This document shows positions 12,575 through 21,773 of a stretch of DNA of 64,000 bases, in pieces. The translations under genes and the position numbers were made by a program. The stretch is from the IMG/VR virus record IMGVR_UViG_3300028833_000003, one strand, 5' to 3'. Numbering within the stretch: the stretch's first letter is position 1; each line of letters starts with the position of its first letter. Source of the stretch: a virus. Below the pieces are notes generated by a model. The model did not search any database. It had not been told where the DNA came from and was given only the letters and a program-made list of their open reading frames with translations.

Positions 12575-12961
12575 ATGAAACGCCTTATTACTCTTTTTTT
12601 GACATTATGTTTATTTATATATCCACTCGCGGCATATGCGACAGAAGTAGAATCATAGACTGTAAATTTAGATGGCGTAGAACTAATTATTCCAGAACCT
12701 GACCCATGTCTTACCAGTGTTCGTATTGATTGGAAGATGGGACGTCCAAGCGTAGTAGAAGAAAATACTCCTCTTACTTTAACGAGTACATTAGAGGGTA
12801 TTAGAATTGATGAATTAGTTTTATCATATCAATGGTATTATGACAAACATGATGGTCAAGGTTTTGTTCCAATTTCGGGCGCAAATTCTAAATCATATAG
12901 TTTCCCAGCAACCGCCGCAACTTTAAGTTATGATTATAAATTAATTGTTACTTATCAATAA
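12575..12961 (+). CDS. Secreted protein with signal peptide (one in-frame TAG at 12656)
   Basis: ATG lies 9 nt after AAGGAGG. MKRLITLFLTLCLFIYPLAAYA... It is in frame with track ORF 12737 and ends in TAA. Confidence 0.6.
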
Positions 12962-12965
12962 ATAA

Positions 12966-12999
12966 CAGGGCTGTATAAAACAGCCCTTGATTTTTTTTA
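12966..12999 (+). terminator. Rho-independent terminator
   Basis: CAGGGCTGT-ATAAA-ACAGCCCTTG followed by a T-run. The 3' arm doubles as the -35 of the next promoter. Confidence 0.85.
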
Positions 13000-13015
13000 T
13001 TTTTTTTGATATAAT
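12987..13015 (+). promoter_or_regulatory. Promoter cassette (TTGATT-N17-TGaTATAAT)
   Basis: -35 at 12987-12992 and -10 at 13010-13015. Leader ATATATAGAAAATCAATAGGAGG. Confidence 0.75.
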
Positions 13016-13046
13016 ATATATAGAAAATCAATAGGAGGTTCTATAT

Positions 13047-13607
13047 ATGAAAGCATATCTCGCTGGTAGTATTTTTTATCTTGGCGATAAATTTAGAAAT
13101 GAATACTTCTCTTAGAAATTGCGCGAGGCTTTCCCAGATTTAGATTTATATAATCCATTAGAAAATACTGCGATTAATGATAAAACTAAATTTGCCGATG
13201 CGAGAGCTATTGCTGATGGAGACAATGAACGTTTAAACAATAGTGATATTCTAATTGCTTGTATTGATGGAGATGTATTACCAAGTGGCACATGTTCAGA
13301 AATTGGAAAATTCCATGAAAAAATTGCACGCGGCGACCATAAGTTACTTGTGGGAATTTGTACTGATACACGTCAGCAATATCTCACTCATAGTGCAGAA
13401 AAAGATAGCACATACAACGAACCCGGTGAGTGCCAATATTGTTATGAAAATCTATATGTTACTGGACTCATTAAGCAAGCGGGCACTTTGGTAACAAATA
13501 TTGAAGATGCTATTAAAGCTATTTCTATTTGGTTAGATCAAAAGGATATAAAAGCTTTTATTAATGATTATCATACATTTTGGGAGGAAGGGTCTGAATG
13601 GCGGTAA
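13047..13607 (+). CDS. Nucleoside 2-deoxyribosyltransferase-like protein (one in-frame TAG at 13113)
   Basis: MKAYLAGSIF...D...ACIDG......GTCSEIG follows the deoxyribosyltransferase-fold pattern. It is in frame with track ORF 13119. Confidence 0.6.
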
Positions 13608-14884
13608 ATTATTCTTTACGAGAAAAACCTCGTAATTGGAAAGACGCAATTGGTTATACTCTATAGTTTGTATTTGCGGTCCTAACCGCAACTATTTTAA
13701 TCGCAACTATCTGCGGAACCAGCATCGCGGCAGGTCTCGTCGCAGCAGGTATCGGCACATTAACTTTTTTGTGTATCACAGGTTTTAAAGCGCCAATAGT
13801 GATTAGTAATAGCGGCGCTACGGTATCTGCGGTAGTAGGTGCATTAGCTCTATCTAGTGCAGTTGAAACTAATTTCGCTGGTGTTATTTTAGGTGGCGCG
13901 GTAATCGCAGTTATTTATGGAGCAGCAGCATTGGCAATTAAGAAATGGGGCATTCAATGGTTACAGAAGCTAATTCCGCCACTAATTTCGGGGACAACCA
14001 TATTAGTAATCGGTATTACATTGGCTGCATTTATTCCGACATACGCACTTGTGGGTGGCAGCTATTCGTTATGGGGCATCCTTATTGCGGGGATTACAGC
14101 AATAACCACAGTTCTGTGTATGCATTATGGGAAGAGCTTAGTCAAGACAATGCCTTTCTTAATTGGTTTGCTAGTAGGGTACATTGTCAGTTTTGTCCTA
14201 ACTTTAACAAATGTTGCTCCATTAGTCAACATGGACGCATTGAAGATTTCAAGTGTCTTTACTGTTCCCCAATTTGCCTTCTTGCAAACGAACTTCAATA
14301 CTTTCGATTGGTCAGCTCTACCGCAAATCATTCTCTCATTTGGAATGGTAGCACTTGCGGCAATGACTGAGCACATTGGAGATATGACGACTGCTTCTGC
14401 TGTAACTGGATATAATCTATTAGAAACTCCTGGTTTGCATCGCACATTACTTGGTGATGGCGTAGGTAGTTTAATGGGTACTATTGTTGGCGGATAGCCC
14501 AATACCACTTATAGTGAATATACTTCTACAATGGCAATTAGCGGAGTTTATAGCACTTGGTACACATTATATACTGCTATTGTTTTAATCGCACTTGGTT
14601 TTATTGCACCATTTAATGCTTTCTTAATGGCATTACCTAATGCGGTATTTGCTGGTGTATCAATAGTAGCATATGGTATGATTGCTCTTGCTGGTTTGCG
14701 CACTATTGTAAATGCAAATATTGATTTTAGCAATAGTAAAAATCAAATTATATTTGCGGCAATGGTAACAACCGGATTGAGTGGTTTAGCAATTACATAT
14801 GGAGCATTTAATTTAACAGGCATTGCGCTTGCAATGATTGTCGGTGTGCTATTGAATGTAATTTTAAAAAATAAGGGAGAGTAA
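13598..14884 (+). CDS. NCS2-family nucleobase (uracil/xanthine-type) permease (two in-frame TAGs: 13664, 14495)
   Basis: About 12 hydrophobic segments. Motifs include ...PNTTY.E......A..GVYS.W and TEHIGD. Track ORFs 13769 and 14531 are in one frame with ATG 13598, which follows GGGAGGAAGGG. TAG 13664 falls at the family Q of the QH motif. Confidence 0.85.
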
Positions 14885-14902
14885 TCTCCCTTGATTTTTT
14901 TT
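14875..14902 (+). terminator. Rho-independent terminator overlapping the stop codon
   Basis: GGGAGA-GTAA-TCTCCC followed by TTGATTTTTTTT. Confidence 0.8.
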
Positions 14903-14919
14903 AAAATTTTTGGTATAAT
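14891..14919 (+). promoter_or_regulatory. Promoter cassette (TTGATT-N17-TGgTATAAT)
   Basis: -35 at 14891-14896 and -10 at 14914-14919. Class B leader ATATATGTAAGATAAAGAAAAG. Confidence 0.75.
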
Positions 14920-14986
14920 ATATATGTAAGATAAAGAAAAGTCCTACGGTCTTGAAAAAGACTAAGAGAAAAAGGAGAGAAAAAAA

Positions 14987-16519
14987 ATGAGTGAATTTCT
15001 TAACAGCTTAAAGGTTGCTACTAACATGACCCATACGACTAATGGCGCTCTTACCTATAAGTCTACGCTTAACAAGGTGTATGATTTGTTCGCTCAGGGT
15101 GCGGCTATGCGTAATGGCGATGAATCTATGTGTCGTTCTTTGTTTATGTCTGCATATCATGAAAATCCTACGCTGGCATTAAAGTGTCTGTTCTATTTGC
15201 GTGATATTCGTGGCGGTCAAGGCGAGCGGCGCTTCTTCCGCATTGCTATTCGTTCACTGGCTCAGAAGTATCAAAAGGAAATGTCTAATCTGGTAAAGTA
15301 TATTCCTGAATTTGGTCGGTGGGATGACCTATATACTCTTGTAGATACCCCTCTGGAAAATGAAGCATTTGCTTTTATGAAGAAGCAGATTATGCTGGAC
15401 TTGGACAGCAAGACCCCTTCTTTGCTTGCTAAGTGGCTGAAGTCTGAGAATACCTCTTCTCAGGAGTCTGTGCGCTTGGCAACTAAGACTCGTCTGGCTT
15501 TCGGTCTGTCTGCGCGGCGTTATCGTAAGATGCTGTCTCTGCTTCGTAATCGTATTAACATCGTTGAAACTCTGATGTCTCAGAACCGCTGGGACGAGAT
15601 TGAGTTTGATAAGCTGCCTTCTCGGGCTGGTATTATTTATAAGAATGCATTCGCACGCCATGACATTACTAAGGCTCGTTATGAAGCATTTATTAAGGAT
15701 GAGAACACTAAGGTCAATACCGGAACTCTTTATCCTTATGATGTTGTTCATGAAGTATCTAAGTTGTGGAAGGGTTGGTATAACTATAAGCTGACTAAGG
15801 ACGTCAATGACGTTGAACGTTTGGCCATCAATAAGTATTGGGATAATCTGACCGATTATTTCAATGGTGCAACTCTGAACGCGCTGGCTGTTGTAGATAC
15901 CTCCGGTTCTATGACTAGTGGGTCTGGAAATATTGCTCCTATTGATGTCGCTATCGCTCTCGGTATGTATTGCGCTGACCGTGCGCAGGGACCTTTCCAT
16001 AATCACTTTGTTTCTTTCAGCCGCCGTCCTGAGTTGATTGAAATTGAGGGTGTGGATTTCTGCGAGAAGGTAAGCAATATCTATCGTCAGAACCTGTGTG
16101 AGAATACCAACATCGAAGCTACCTTTGATTTGCTTCTTAACACTGCAAAGCGCGCTCATCTGCGTCAGGATCAGCTTCCTCAGTCTCTGATTATCATCAG
16201 CGATATGCAGTTTGACCGGGCAACTGGCCGCTACTGTAATGATGATGAAATGGATGCATGGGCTAACACTTTGTTTGAAACTATTAATCAGCGCTGGGAA
16301 AATGCCGGATATGAGATGCCTCATCTTATCTTCTGGAACGTAAATGCTGCTTCTGGTGGCGGAAACATTCCTATGCGCGACAGTGGAAATGTTACTTACG
16401 TCAGCGGTGCTTCTCCTGTTATTCTGGAACAGGTGCTTACGGGCAAGACTGGCCAGGATGTCATGCTGGACAAGCTGATGTCTGAACGCTACGCTGTTAT
16501 CAAGTCTATTACTGAGTAA
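14987..16519 (+). CDS. DUF2828/TROVE-like protein with a C-terminal vWA domain (Ro60-related candidate)
   Basis: N-terminus T.NGALTY.ST.N...DLF......R........LF..AY.ENP.LALKCLFYLRDIRGGQGERR.F matches the remembered DUF2828 pattern. VDTSGSM is a vWA MIDAS-type motif. No TAG. AAG/CGT/CTG codon regime. Confidence 0.7.
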   Translation: MSEFLNSLKVATNMTHTTNGALTYKSTLNKVYDLFAQGAAMRNGDESMCRSLFMSAYHENPTLALKCLFYLRDIRGGQGERRFFRIAIRSLAQKYQKEMSNLVKYIPEFGRWDDLYTLVDTPLENEAFAFMKKQIMLDLDSKTPSLLAKWLKSENTSSQESVRLATKTRLAFGLSARRYRKMLSLLRNRINIVETLMSQNRWDEIEFDKLPSRAGIIYKNAFARHDITKARYEAFIKDENTKVNTGTLYPYDVVHEVSKLWKGWYNYKLTKDVNDVERLAINKYWDNLTDYFNGATLNALAVVDTSGSMTSGSGNIAPIDVAIALGMYCADRAQGPFHNHFVSFSRRPELIEIEGVDFCEKVSNIYRQNLCENTNIEATFDLLLNTAKRAHLRQDQLPQSLIIISDMQFDRATGRYCNDDEMDAWANTLFETINQRWENAGYEMPHLIFWNVNAASGGGNIPMRDSGNVTYVSGASPVILEQVLTGKTGQDVMLDKLMSERYAVIKSITE

Positions 16520-16527
16520 CTTATATA

Positions 16528-16561
16528 CAAGGCTGAGTAAATCTCAGCCTTGATTTTTTTT
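16528..16561 (+). terminator. Rho-independent terminator
   Basis: CAAGGCTGAG-TAAAT-CTCAGCCTTG followed by a T-run. Confidence 0.9.
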
Positions 16562-16578
16562 ATATTTTTTGGTATAAT
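16550..16578 (+). promoter_or_regulatory. Promoter cassette (TTGATT-N17-TGgTATAAT)
   Basis: -35 at 16550-16555 and -10 at 16573-16578. Confidence 0.75.
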
Positions 16579-16598
16579 ATATAAGGAAGGTGAAAGAA

Positions 16599-16805
16599 AT
16601 GAAAGAGTTTGAATTTTTGCCAAAGCAAATTTTCCTTGAATGGTATGAAACAAATCGTATTAAACCTGGTAAATATTATTGGGTTGTAGAAGAAGAAGAT
16701 GGGTGGCAACGTCAATTGCGTTATCCCATTATGAATTATCGTCCAGATTTGGCAGCGGCTGCCACGAATCCTCAATATATAGGAGTGAATTATTATGCTC
16801 TTTAA
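16599..16805 (+). CDS. Hypothetical protein
   Basis: ATG lies 8 nt after AAGGAAGG and is internal to track ORF 16590. TAA stop. Confidence 0.5.
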   Translation: MKEFEFLPKQIFLEWYETNRIKPGKYYWVVEEEDGWQRQLRYPIMNYRPDLAAAATNPQYIGVNYYAL

Positions 16806-17598
16806 TAAAACGCAGGAACAAAAACAGAAAATTCTTGACAAGGTTCAAAATCATCATTATTTCGTCGAAAATTATTTGCCAGATGAAGTAATTTTTACAG
16901 CACTAATTGGTAGTCAAAATTATAATTTAGATACTGAGAATAGTGATATTGACACTATTACATTTATTTTGCCGTCTTTATCTTCCTTTTATACAACAGA
17001 ACAATTAATTTCAAAAGAATATGAACTTGAAGATGGCAAAGCAGTAATTAAAGATATTCGTTTATTTTTTAAGCTTTTGCGCAAAAGTTCGCCCAATAGT
17101 ATTGAATGGATTTGCAGCCATTATATGTATATTAATCCAACATATGAAACTGTTATTGAGCGGATGCGCAATGATTGCAATCTATTAAGCAGCTGCGATA
17201 TACTCAATATGCTACATGCAATTGCTGGCACCGCAACACAGTTACATGGTAGAAATATGACTATTGGTAAGCGTTTCTCACATGTTTTACGTTTAGATGA
17301 TATGATGTACACTTATACAGTTAATTTTGAAAATGGCGATTTCTTAGCGCTGCGGCCTGGCGATATGCGCATGGCATTAGATGCAAAAACTGGTCATTGT
17401 AATTTAACTGATGATGAAATCAAAAGTGAATGTGATAAATTAACCACAAAGATTAATCAAGAAGTTACTGATTATCATTTAACTTCTATCGACATTAATC
17501 GCATGGCGCTTGCGCGAGCACTTTTAAAATTTCATGAAAGACGCTTATTTGAGACTTACTTGCATACCCAGGGATTTGAAAAAATTAAAAAAATTTGA
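16795..17598 (+). CDS. RlaP-like (RNA-ligase-associated Pol-beta-fold) nucleotidyltransferase
   Basis: ALIGSQNYNLDTENSDIDTITF is the GS..Y......SD.D nucleotidyltransferase signature. It overlaps the upstream gene by 11 nt and follows GGAG. No TAG. Confidence 0.65.
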   Translation: MLFNKTQEQKQKILDKVQNHHYFVENYLPDEVIFTALIGSQNYNLDTENSDIDTITFILPSLSSFYTTEQLISKEYELEDGKAVIKDIRLFFKLLRKSSPNSIEWICSHYMYINPTYETVIERMRNDCNLLSSCDILNMLHAIAGTATQLHGRNMTIGKRFSHVLRLDDMMYTYTVNFENGDFLALRPGDMRMALDAKTGHCNLTDDEIKSECDKLTTKINQEVTDYHLTSIDINRMALARALLKFHERRLFETYLHTQGFEKIKKI

Positions 17599-17604
17599 TA
17601 TAAT
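17576..17604 (+). promoter_or_regulatory. Promoter cassette (TTGAAA-N17-TGaTATAAT) embedded in the 3' end of the preceding gene
   Basis: -35 at 17576-17581 and -10 at 17599-17604. Leader ATATATAGAAAGTGAGGGA. Confidence 0.7.
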
Positions 17605-17630
17605 ATATATAGAAAGTGAGGGATTAAGTG

Positions 17631-17918
17631 ATGGCTATGAAGGTTTGGTTTGAAGATGCTAATGGCAATGAGCGGATTATTAAAAATACTGCTTTGACCT
17701 GGGCAGAGGTTGATCAAGCTATCAATGAATTTATTCGGCGATGCAATATCAATAAGATAAACCAAGCTAAGCGGTTGTATGGCGACCAGTATGATGAGTC
17801 TAAGGTTAATCTCTTCAAACGGTATTATACTCGGGTATGGAAGCAAGAGGATGGCCGAACCAAGATTGACGTAGGTTCTCATAGTGAGTTCTTCTTATGG
17901 GAGGGAACGTATGAGTAA
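17631..17918 (+). CDS. Hypothetical protein
   Basis: ATG lies 7 nt after GAGGGA. Track ORF 17628..17918. Confidence 0.5.
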   Translation: MAMKVWFEDANGNERIIKNTALTWAEVDQAINEFIRRCNINKINQAKRLYGDQYDESKVNLFKRYYTRVWKQEDGRTKIDVGSHSEFFLWEGTYE

Positions 17919-18435
17919 AAGTTGGTTTTTGCATGAAATTGATTATAGTCGTATTCCTCCAAGAGATAATGGCTATTGGGAAATTCGTGGCAATAAGCCT
18001 CAACCTAACACAATCATTCAAGTATATAACATGATGGGCGGTCATCATGATTATAAAGTTACTGAATTGGATGAATTTATTTACTCTGATTGGGAGACAG
18101 TAGGACGTCGTAGATATACAGAAAATCAGAAATCAGATTATGGATGGATTGATTTAGAAGGTAATTTTTATGGTTGTGATTGGGCCGAACATAGAGATTG
18201 CGCATATATATGTTTTGGCCTAACTGAGTTAGATGCTGAACGCCAAGGCTATGTAAAAATTTATTATGATAAATCTAATGCCAAATATGATAATTATCAT
18301 TACCGTCCTGATGGTTTAGGCTGGTACTGCGATCGTCCCTTAACTGATGCGCAGATAGCTAAATTAAATGAACGAGGTTTCTCTGCCAACAGAGAAAGAG
18401 AGGATTTGTTATATGACGACGGATATGATGATTAA
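17911..18435 (+). CDS. Hypothetical protein
   Basis: ATG follows GGGAGGGAACGT and is internal to track ORF 17884. It overlaps the upstream stop. Confidence 0.55.
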   Translation: MSKSWFLHEIDYSRIPPRDNGYWEIRGNKPQPNTIIQVYNMMGGHHDYKVTELDEFIYSDWETVGRRRYTENQKSDYGWIDLEGNFYGCDWAEHRDCAYICFGLTELDAERQGYVKIYYDKSNAKYDNYHYRPDGLGWYCDRPLTDAQIAKLNERGFSANREREDLLYDDGYDD

Positions 18436-18604
18436 ACGAATTAATGAATTAGAAAGCACTGTACAAAGGTATGAAGCAGAAAATTTCGCATTGCGTGTGG
18501 AGCTTAATAGGCTTCGAGATGAATCAGCAACAATACAACAGCAAGCCGAATTTGGCAAAGCAACTGAAACTTTTATTAAAGAAATCAAAAGGATTATGAG
18601 GTGA
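18413..18604 (+). CDS. Small coiled-coil protein
   Basis: ATG lies 9 nt after GAGAGGA and is internal to track ORF 18368. TGA stop lies 4 nt before the ligase start. Confidence 0.45.
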   Translation: MTTDMMIKRINELESTVQRYEAENFALRVELNRLRDESATIQQQAEFGKATETFIKEIKRIMR

Positions 18605-18608
18605 GATT

Positions 18609-20012
18609 ATGGCATATTGTGGATATGTAGTTAAGGTAGAACATCTTCGTAAGCATACCAATGCGGACCGTCTGCAAATTGCTACTTTTTTTGGTAATGA
18701 TACTATTGTTGGTATGAACACTCAGTACGGTGATATTGGTGTTTATTTCCCTGTTGATGGTCAGTTATCTGAGCGCTTTTGTGAGGTAAATGACCTTGTG
18801 CGCCGCAAGGATGAAAACGGTAAGCAGGTTGGCGGTTATCTTGACCCTGATAAGCGTAACATAAAGGCCTTGAAGCTGCGTGGTGAAAAGTCTGATGGTC
18901 TTTATCTGCCTATTACTTGTTTAGCTGACTTCTGCAAGATTTCTGATTTGAAGGTTGGTGACACTATTGATACTGTCAATGGTGAGCTGATTTGCCAGAA
19001 GTACATTCCTCATTCTAATGCTCGCACTCATGCTGGCGGTGCGAAGGGTGTAAAGAAGGTCAAGGCCAACATCGCACCTACTTTCTATGAACATGTTGAT
19101 ACTGCTCAGTTGGCTTATAACCTCAACGCTTTTAAGCCTGGTGATACTGTTCAGCTGACCTTGAAGATGCATGGCACTTCTGGTCGTACTGGGTATCTAC
19201 CTCTGGTACATGTAAAGCAAACTTGGTTTGATAAGTTGTTCCATCGTCCTGGCAAGGAATATAAGGAGTATGGTTATATTACTGGCACTCGTCGTGTAGT
19301 CCTGGATGGGAAGCGCACTGGTGGTTTCTATGACTCTGATGATTTCCGTGAAGCTATGGCTGCCAAGTTCGATGGTAAGCTCCGTAAGGGCGAAGTTGCC
19401 TATTATGAAATCGTTGGATTCCAGGGACCTAATGGTGCTCCTATTATGAGCCAGGTTCAGAACTCTAAGGTAAAGGACCCTGAATTTACTAAGCAGTATG
19501 GTTCAGTAACTACTTTCTCTTATGGTTGTGAGCAAGATGGTGGCTATGAAGCTAAGAGCATCCTTGATCCTGGCGTAGAATTTAACAAGGCTCCTTGCTG
19601 TGAAGTGTATGTCTATCGTATGACTATGGTCAATGAAGATGGTGATGTAGTAGAATATTCTCCTGCTCAGATTAAGGAGCGTTGTGAGCAGATGGGTATT
19701 CATACTGTAATGGAATTTGAAACCTTCATAATTCCTGATATGATTCAGCTACCTGACGATGTTGGGTCTTTACAGGCGGTCGATGCTGGCGAATATGTTC
19801 TTCGTAAGGTTGAGCAGTATTTCGATGGTCCTGACCCTATCGGTAAGACCCATGTGCGCGAAGGAGTAGTTGCTCGTATCCTTAACCGTACTAACTTCGC
19901 AGTTTATAAGCACAAGAACTTCTCTTTCAAGGTGTTGGAAGGCATTGCCAAGGATGAAGCTACCGCGCCTGACATTGAAGAGGCTCAGGAAATAATGGAA
20001 GATGGAGTTTAA
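18609..20012 (+). CDS. RNA ligase (Rnl2/Rnl5-like nucleotidyltransferase) with an N-terminal tRNA-binding-type OB domain
   Basis: N-terminus VVKVEHLRKHTNADRLQI resembles the hPNADkL tRNA-binding OB motif. TLKMHGTSG fits the ligase motif I (K.HG). No TAG. All ten Lys codons in the first ~100 codons are AAG. Confidence 0.7.
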   Translation: MAYCGYVVKVEHLRKHTNADRLQIATFFGNDTIVGMNTQYGDIGVYFPVDGQLSERFCEVNDLVRRKDENGKQVGGYLDPDKRNIKALKLRGEKSDGLYLPITCLADFCKISDLKVGDTIDTVNGELICQKYIPHSNARTHAGGAKGVKKVKANIAPTFYEHVDTAQLAYNLNAFKPGDTVQLTLKMHGTSGRTGYLPLVHVKQTWFDKLFHRPGKEYKEYGYITGTRRVVLDGKRTGGFYDSDDFREAMAAKFDGKLRKGEVAYYEIVGFQGPNGAPIMSQVQNSKVKDPEFTKQYGSVTTFSYGCEQDGGYEAKSILDPGVEFNKAPCCEVYVYRMTMVNEDGDVVEYSPAQIKERCEQMGIHTVMEFETFIIPDMIQLPDDVGSLQAVDAGEYVLRKVEQYFDGPDPIGKTHVREGVVARILNRTNFAVYKHKNFSFKVLEGIAKDEATAPDIEEAQEIMEDGV

Positions 20013-20015
20013 TTT

Positions 20016-20339
20016 ATGAATAGAGAACAATATAGACGTTGGGCTAAAACTAATAAAAAACATTTTACAGACACTTGTCCTTATTGCAAACGTGATACTC
20101 GTTTTATCTTCGCTGAGGATGTACCTGGCGAAGTAACTGTAAAATGTGCTGTATGTGATGCGGTTGTTAATTCAGAACCTGAACTTAAAGAATTTGGCGT
20201 GAAGGGCGTGTATATGCCCTTCCCGCTTCGCACACTGGAAGCAATTATTCTATCTGCGAGGATGCAAAAGCAAAAAGAACAAGAGCAGAAGGAGAAAATG
20301 CTGAAAGATGAAATATCTGATAGTGCTCGGATATCGTGA
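20016..20339 (+). CDS. Zinc-ribbon protein with a Lys/Glu-rich tail
   Basis: Track ORF. CPYC...CAVC. Confidence 0.5.
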   Translation: MNREQYRRWAKTNKKHFTDTCPYCKRDTRFIFAEDVPGEVTVKCAVCDAVVNSEPELKEFGVKGVYMPFPLRTLEAIILSARMQKQKEQEQKEKMLKDEISDSARIS

Positions 20340-20637
20340 CTCAAATACGCATAAAACAACTTATACTAATGGTTTTTGTAAAGAGATGCTCGATGGTAAT
20401 GCGGCTAGAATACTCGCGCGTCAGAAAGAAATTGAATATCTGCGCTCATTAAATGTATGGAAACGAGTTGTAGAAAATGCACCTACTTTAGAAGCTGCCG
20501 CAGAAACTTTTAAAGATATGATAGCTTATATGGTATGCTGGCTACATAATTACGTCAATTTACCAGTTGTGCAAGTGTTACCATGGGAAATTATTTATCA
20601 AGAGTATATATTCTATAAGGAGGAGTATCATGACTAA
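20308..20637 (+). CDS. Hypothetical protein
   Basis: Track ORF. It overlaps the upstream gene. Confidence 0.5.
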   Translation: MKYLIVLGYRDSNTHKTTYTNGFCKEMLDGNAARILARQKEIEYLRSLNVWKRVVENAPTLEAAAETFKDMIAYMVCWLHNYVNLPVVQVLPWEIIYQEYIFYKEEYHD

Positions 20638-20755
20638 GGAACAGAAAGTCGAGCAGCTTCAAGCGCGTAAAAAGAGGATCCTGTCGCGTGGTTATTATAA
20701 TATGAGAATTGCGAATAAAATTGATCGCAAAATTAGGAGGATTCAAAATGGATGA
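20630..20755 (+). CDS. Small basic protein
   Basis: ATG lies 6 nt after AAGGAGGAG and is internal to track ORF 20567. Confidence 0.4.
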   Translation: MTKEQKVEQLQARKKRILSRGYYNMRIANKIDRKIRRIQNG

Positions 20756-20957
20756 ATTTTTTAAAGTAATTGGAGTATTAGTGCTACTTGCGCTTCTTAT
20801 CTTCCTCGGTCCGCTCGTTGTGATGATTGGTTGGAATTGTGCGCGAGAAGCATGGCCAATGCTTCCAGTACTGTCTTATTGGCAGGTATTTTGGATGACA
20901 AATGGTTTGAGCCTGATTTTTAAAACAACCACAACTGGTCGCTACAAAAATGATTAA
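20748..20957 (+). CDS. Two-pass membrane protein
   Basis: ATG lies 7 nt after AGGAGGA and is internal to track ORF 20709. Two hydrophobic segments. Confidence 0.5.
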   Translation: MDEFFKVIGVLVLLALLIFLGPLVVMIGWNCAREAWPMLPVLSYWQVFWMTNGLSLIFKTTTTGRYKND

Positions 20958-20960
20958 TTA

Positions 20961-20989
20961 ATCAAGGGATTTACTCCCTTGATTTTTTT
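20961..20989 (+). terminator. Rho-independent terminator
   Basis: ATCAAGGGA-TTTAC-TCCCTTGAT followed by a T-run. Confidence 0.9.
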
Positions 20990-21007
20990 ATAATTTTTTG
21001 ATATAAT
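20979..21007 (+). promoter_or_regulatory. Promoter cassette (TTGATT-N17-TGaTATAAT)
   Basis: -35 at 20979-20984 and -10 at 21002-21007. Leader ATATATAGAAAGCGAGGGAAG. Confidence 0.75.
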
Positions 21008-21032
21008 ATATATAGAAAGCGAGGGAAGAAGT

Positions 21033-21773
21033 ATGAACTACTATGCAATGGGTGACATTCATGGCCGTGCAGATTTGTTCTGGAATGCAGTAGAATTTAT
21101 GAGTCATGATGCTGCGCCAGGTAAGTGGCATTGTTATTTTCTTGGCGATGCCTGTGACCGTGGCCCTGATGGTTGGGAACTCATTAAAATCCTATTGGAC
21201 AATCCTAACCTATTTACATATCTCTTGGGCAATCATGAAGATATGTTACTCAAAGCAATTGCATCATTAAAATCAGTAGCGCGATTTCATAATCTAGACA
21301 TCACTGATTATGATGCAATAAGAGAGAATACTTATTCTCAAAACGTGGCACTTTGTGATTATAATGGCGGCGACCCAACTATGAGAGCGGCGCTGAAAGA
21401 CCCAAAGCTCAATGAATATGTTTTAAAGCTAAGACAGCTTCCACTTACTGCATCTCATGGAGTAATTGATATGTGCCATGCCGGTTGTACCATTGGCGAT
21501 TGGGAGCGGTTAAAGGACGTTCGCAATGATGAGGCTATTGACATCTTCTGCTGGGACCGTGAGCATTTTGGGGCACCCTGGTATGAAAATCGTATTTTGC
21601 TTCATGGCCATACTCCAATAGTTAGCAGCCATTTTAGACCTTGGAAAGATTATGGCCCATATAAGACTGGCGAAAAAGTAAATCTTGATGCTGGCGCAGT
21701 TTGGACCAATGAACTTTATCTTTATGATTTTCAACAGCAAGATGTTGTAGTAATTCACGCTATTGAAAATTAA
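21033..21773 (+). CDS. Lambda-type Ser/Thr protein phosphatase (metallophosphoesterase)
   Basis: GDIHG ... GDACDRGPDG ... GNHE ... GHTP motifs in canonical order. Confidence 0.8.
   Translation: MNYYAMGDIHGRADLFWNAVEFMSHDAAPGKWHCYFLGDACDRGPDGWELIKILLDNPNLFTYLLGNHEDMLLKAIASLKSVARFHNLDITDYDAIRENTYSQNVALCDYNGGDPTMRAALKDPKLNEYVLKLRQLPLTASHGVIDMCHAGCTIGDWERLKDVRNDEAIDIFCWDREHFGAPWYENRILLHGHTPIVSSHFRPWKDYGPYKTGEKVNLDAGAVWTNELYLYDFQQQDVVVIHAIEN

Noticed and set aside
15329-16324. A 331-aa ORF antisense to the DUF2828/vWA gene. Similar long antisense ORFs occur at 34616-35200, 46529-46915 and 25891-26199.
   Set aside because: These are shadow ORFs lying wholly inside genes with clear family motifs on the other strand. 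They have low-complexity, motif-free translations and no RBS.
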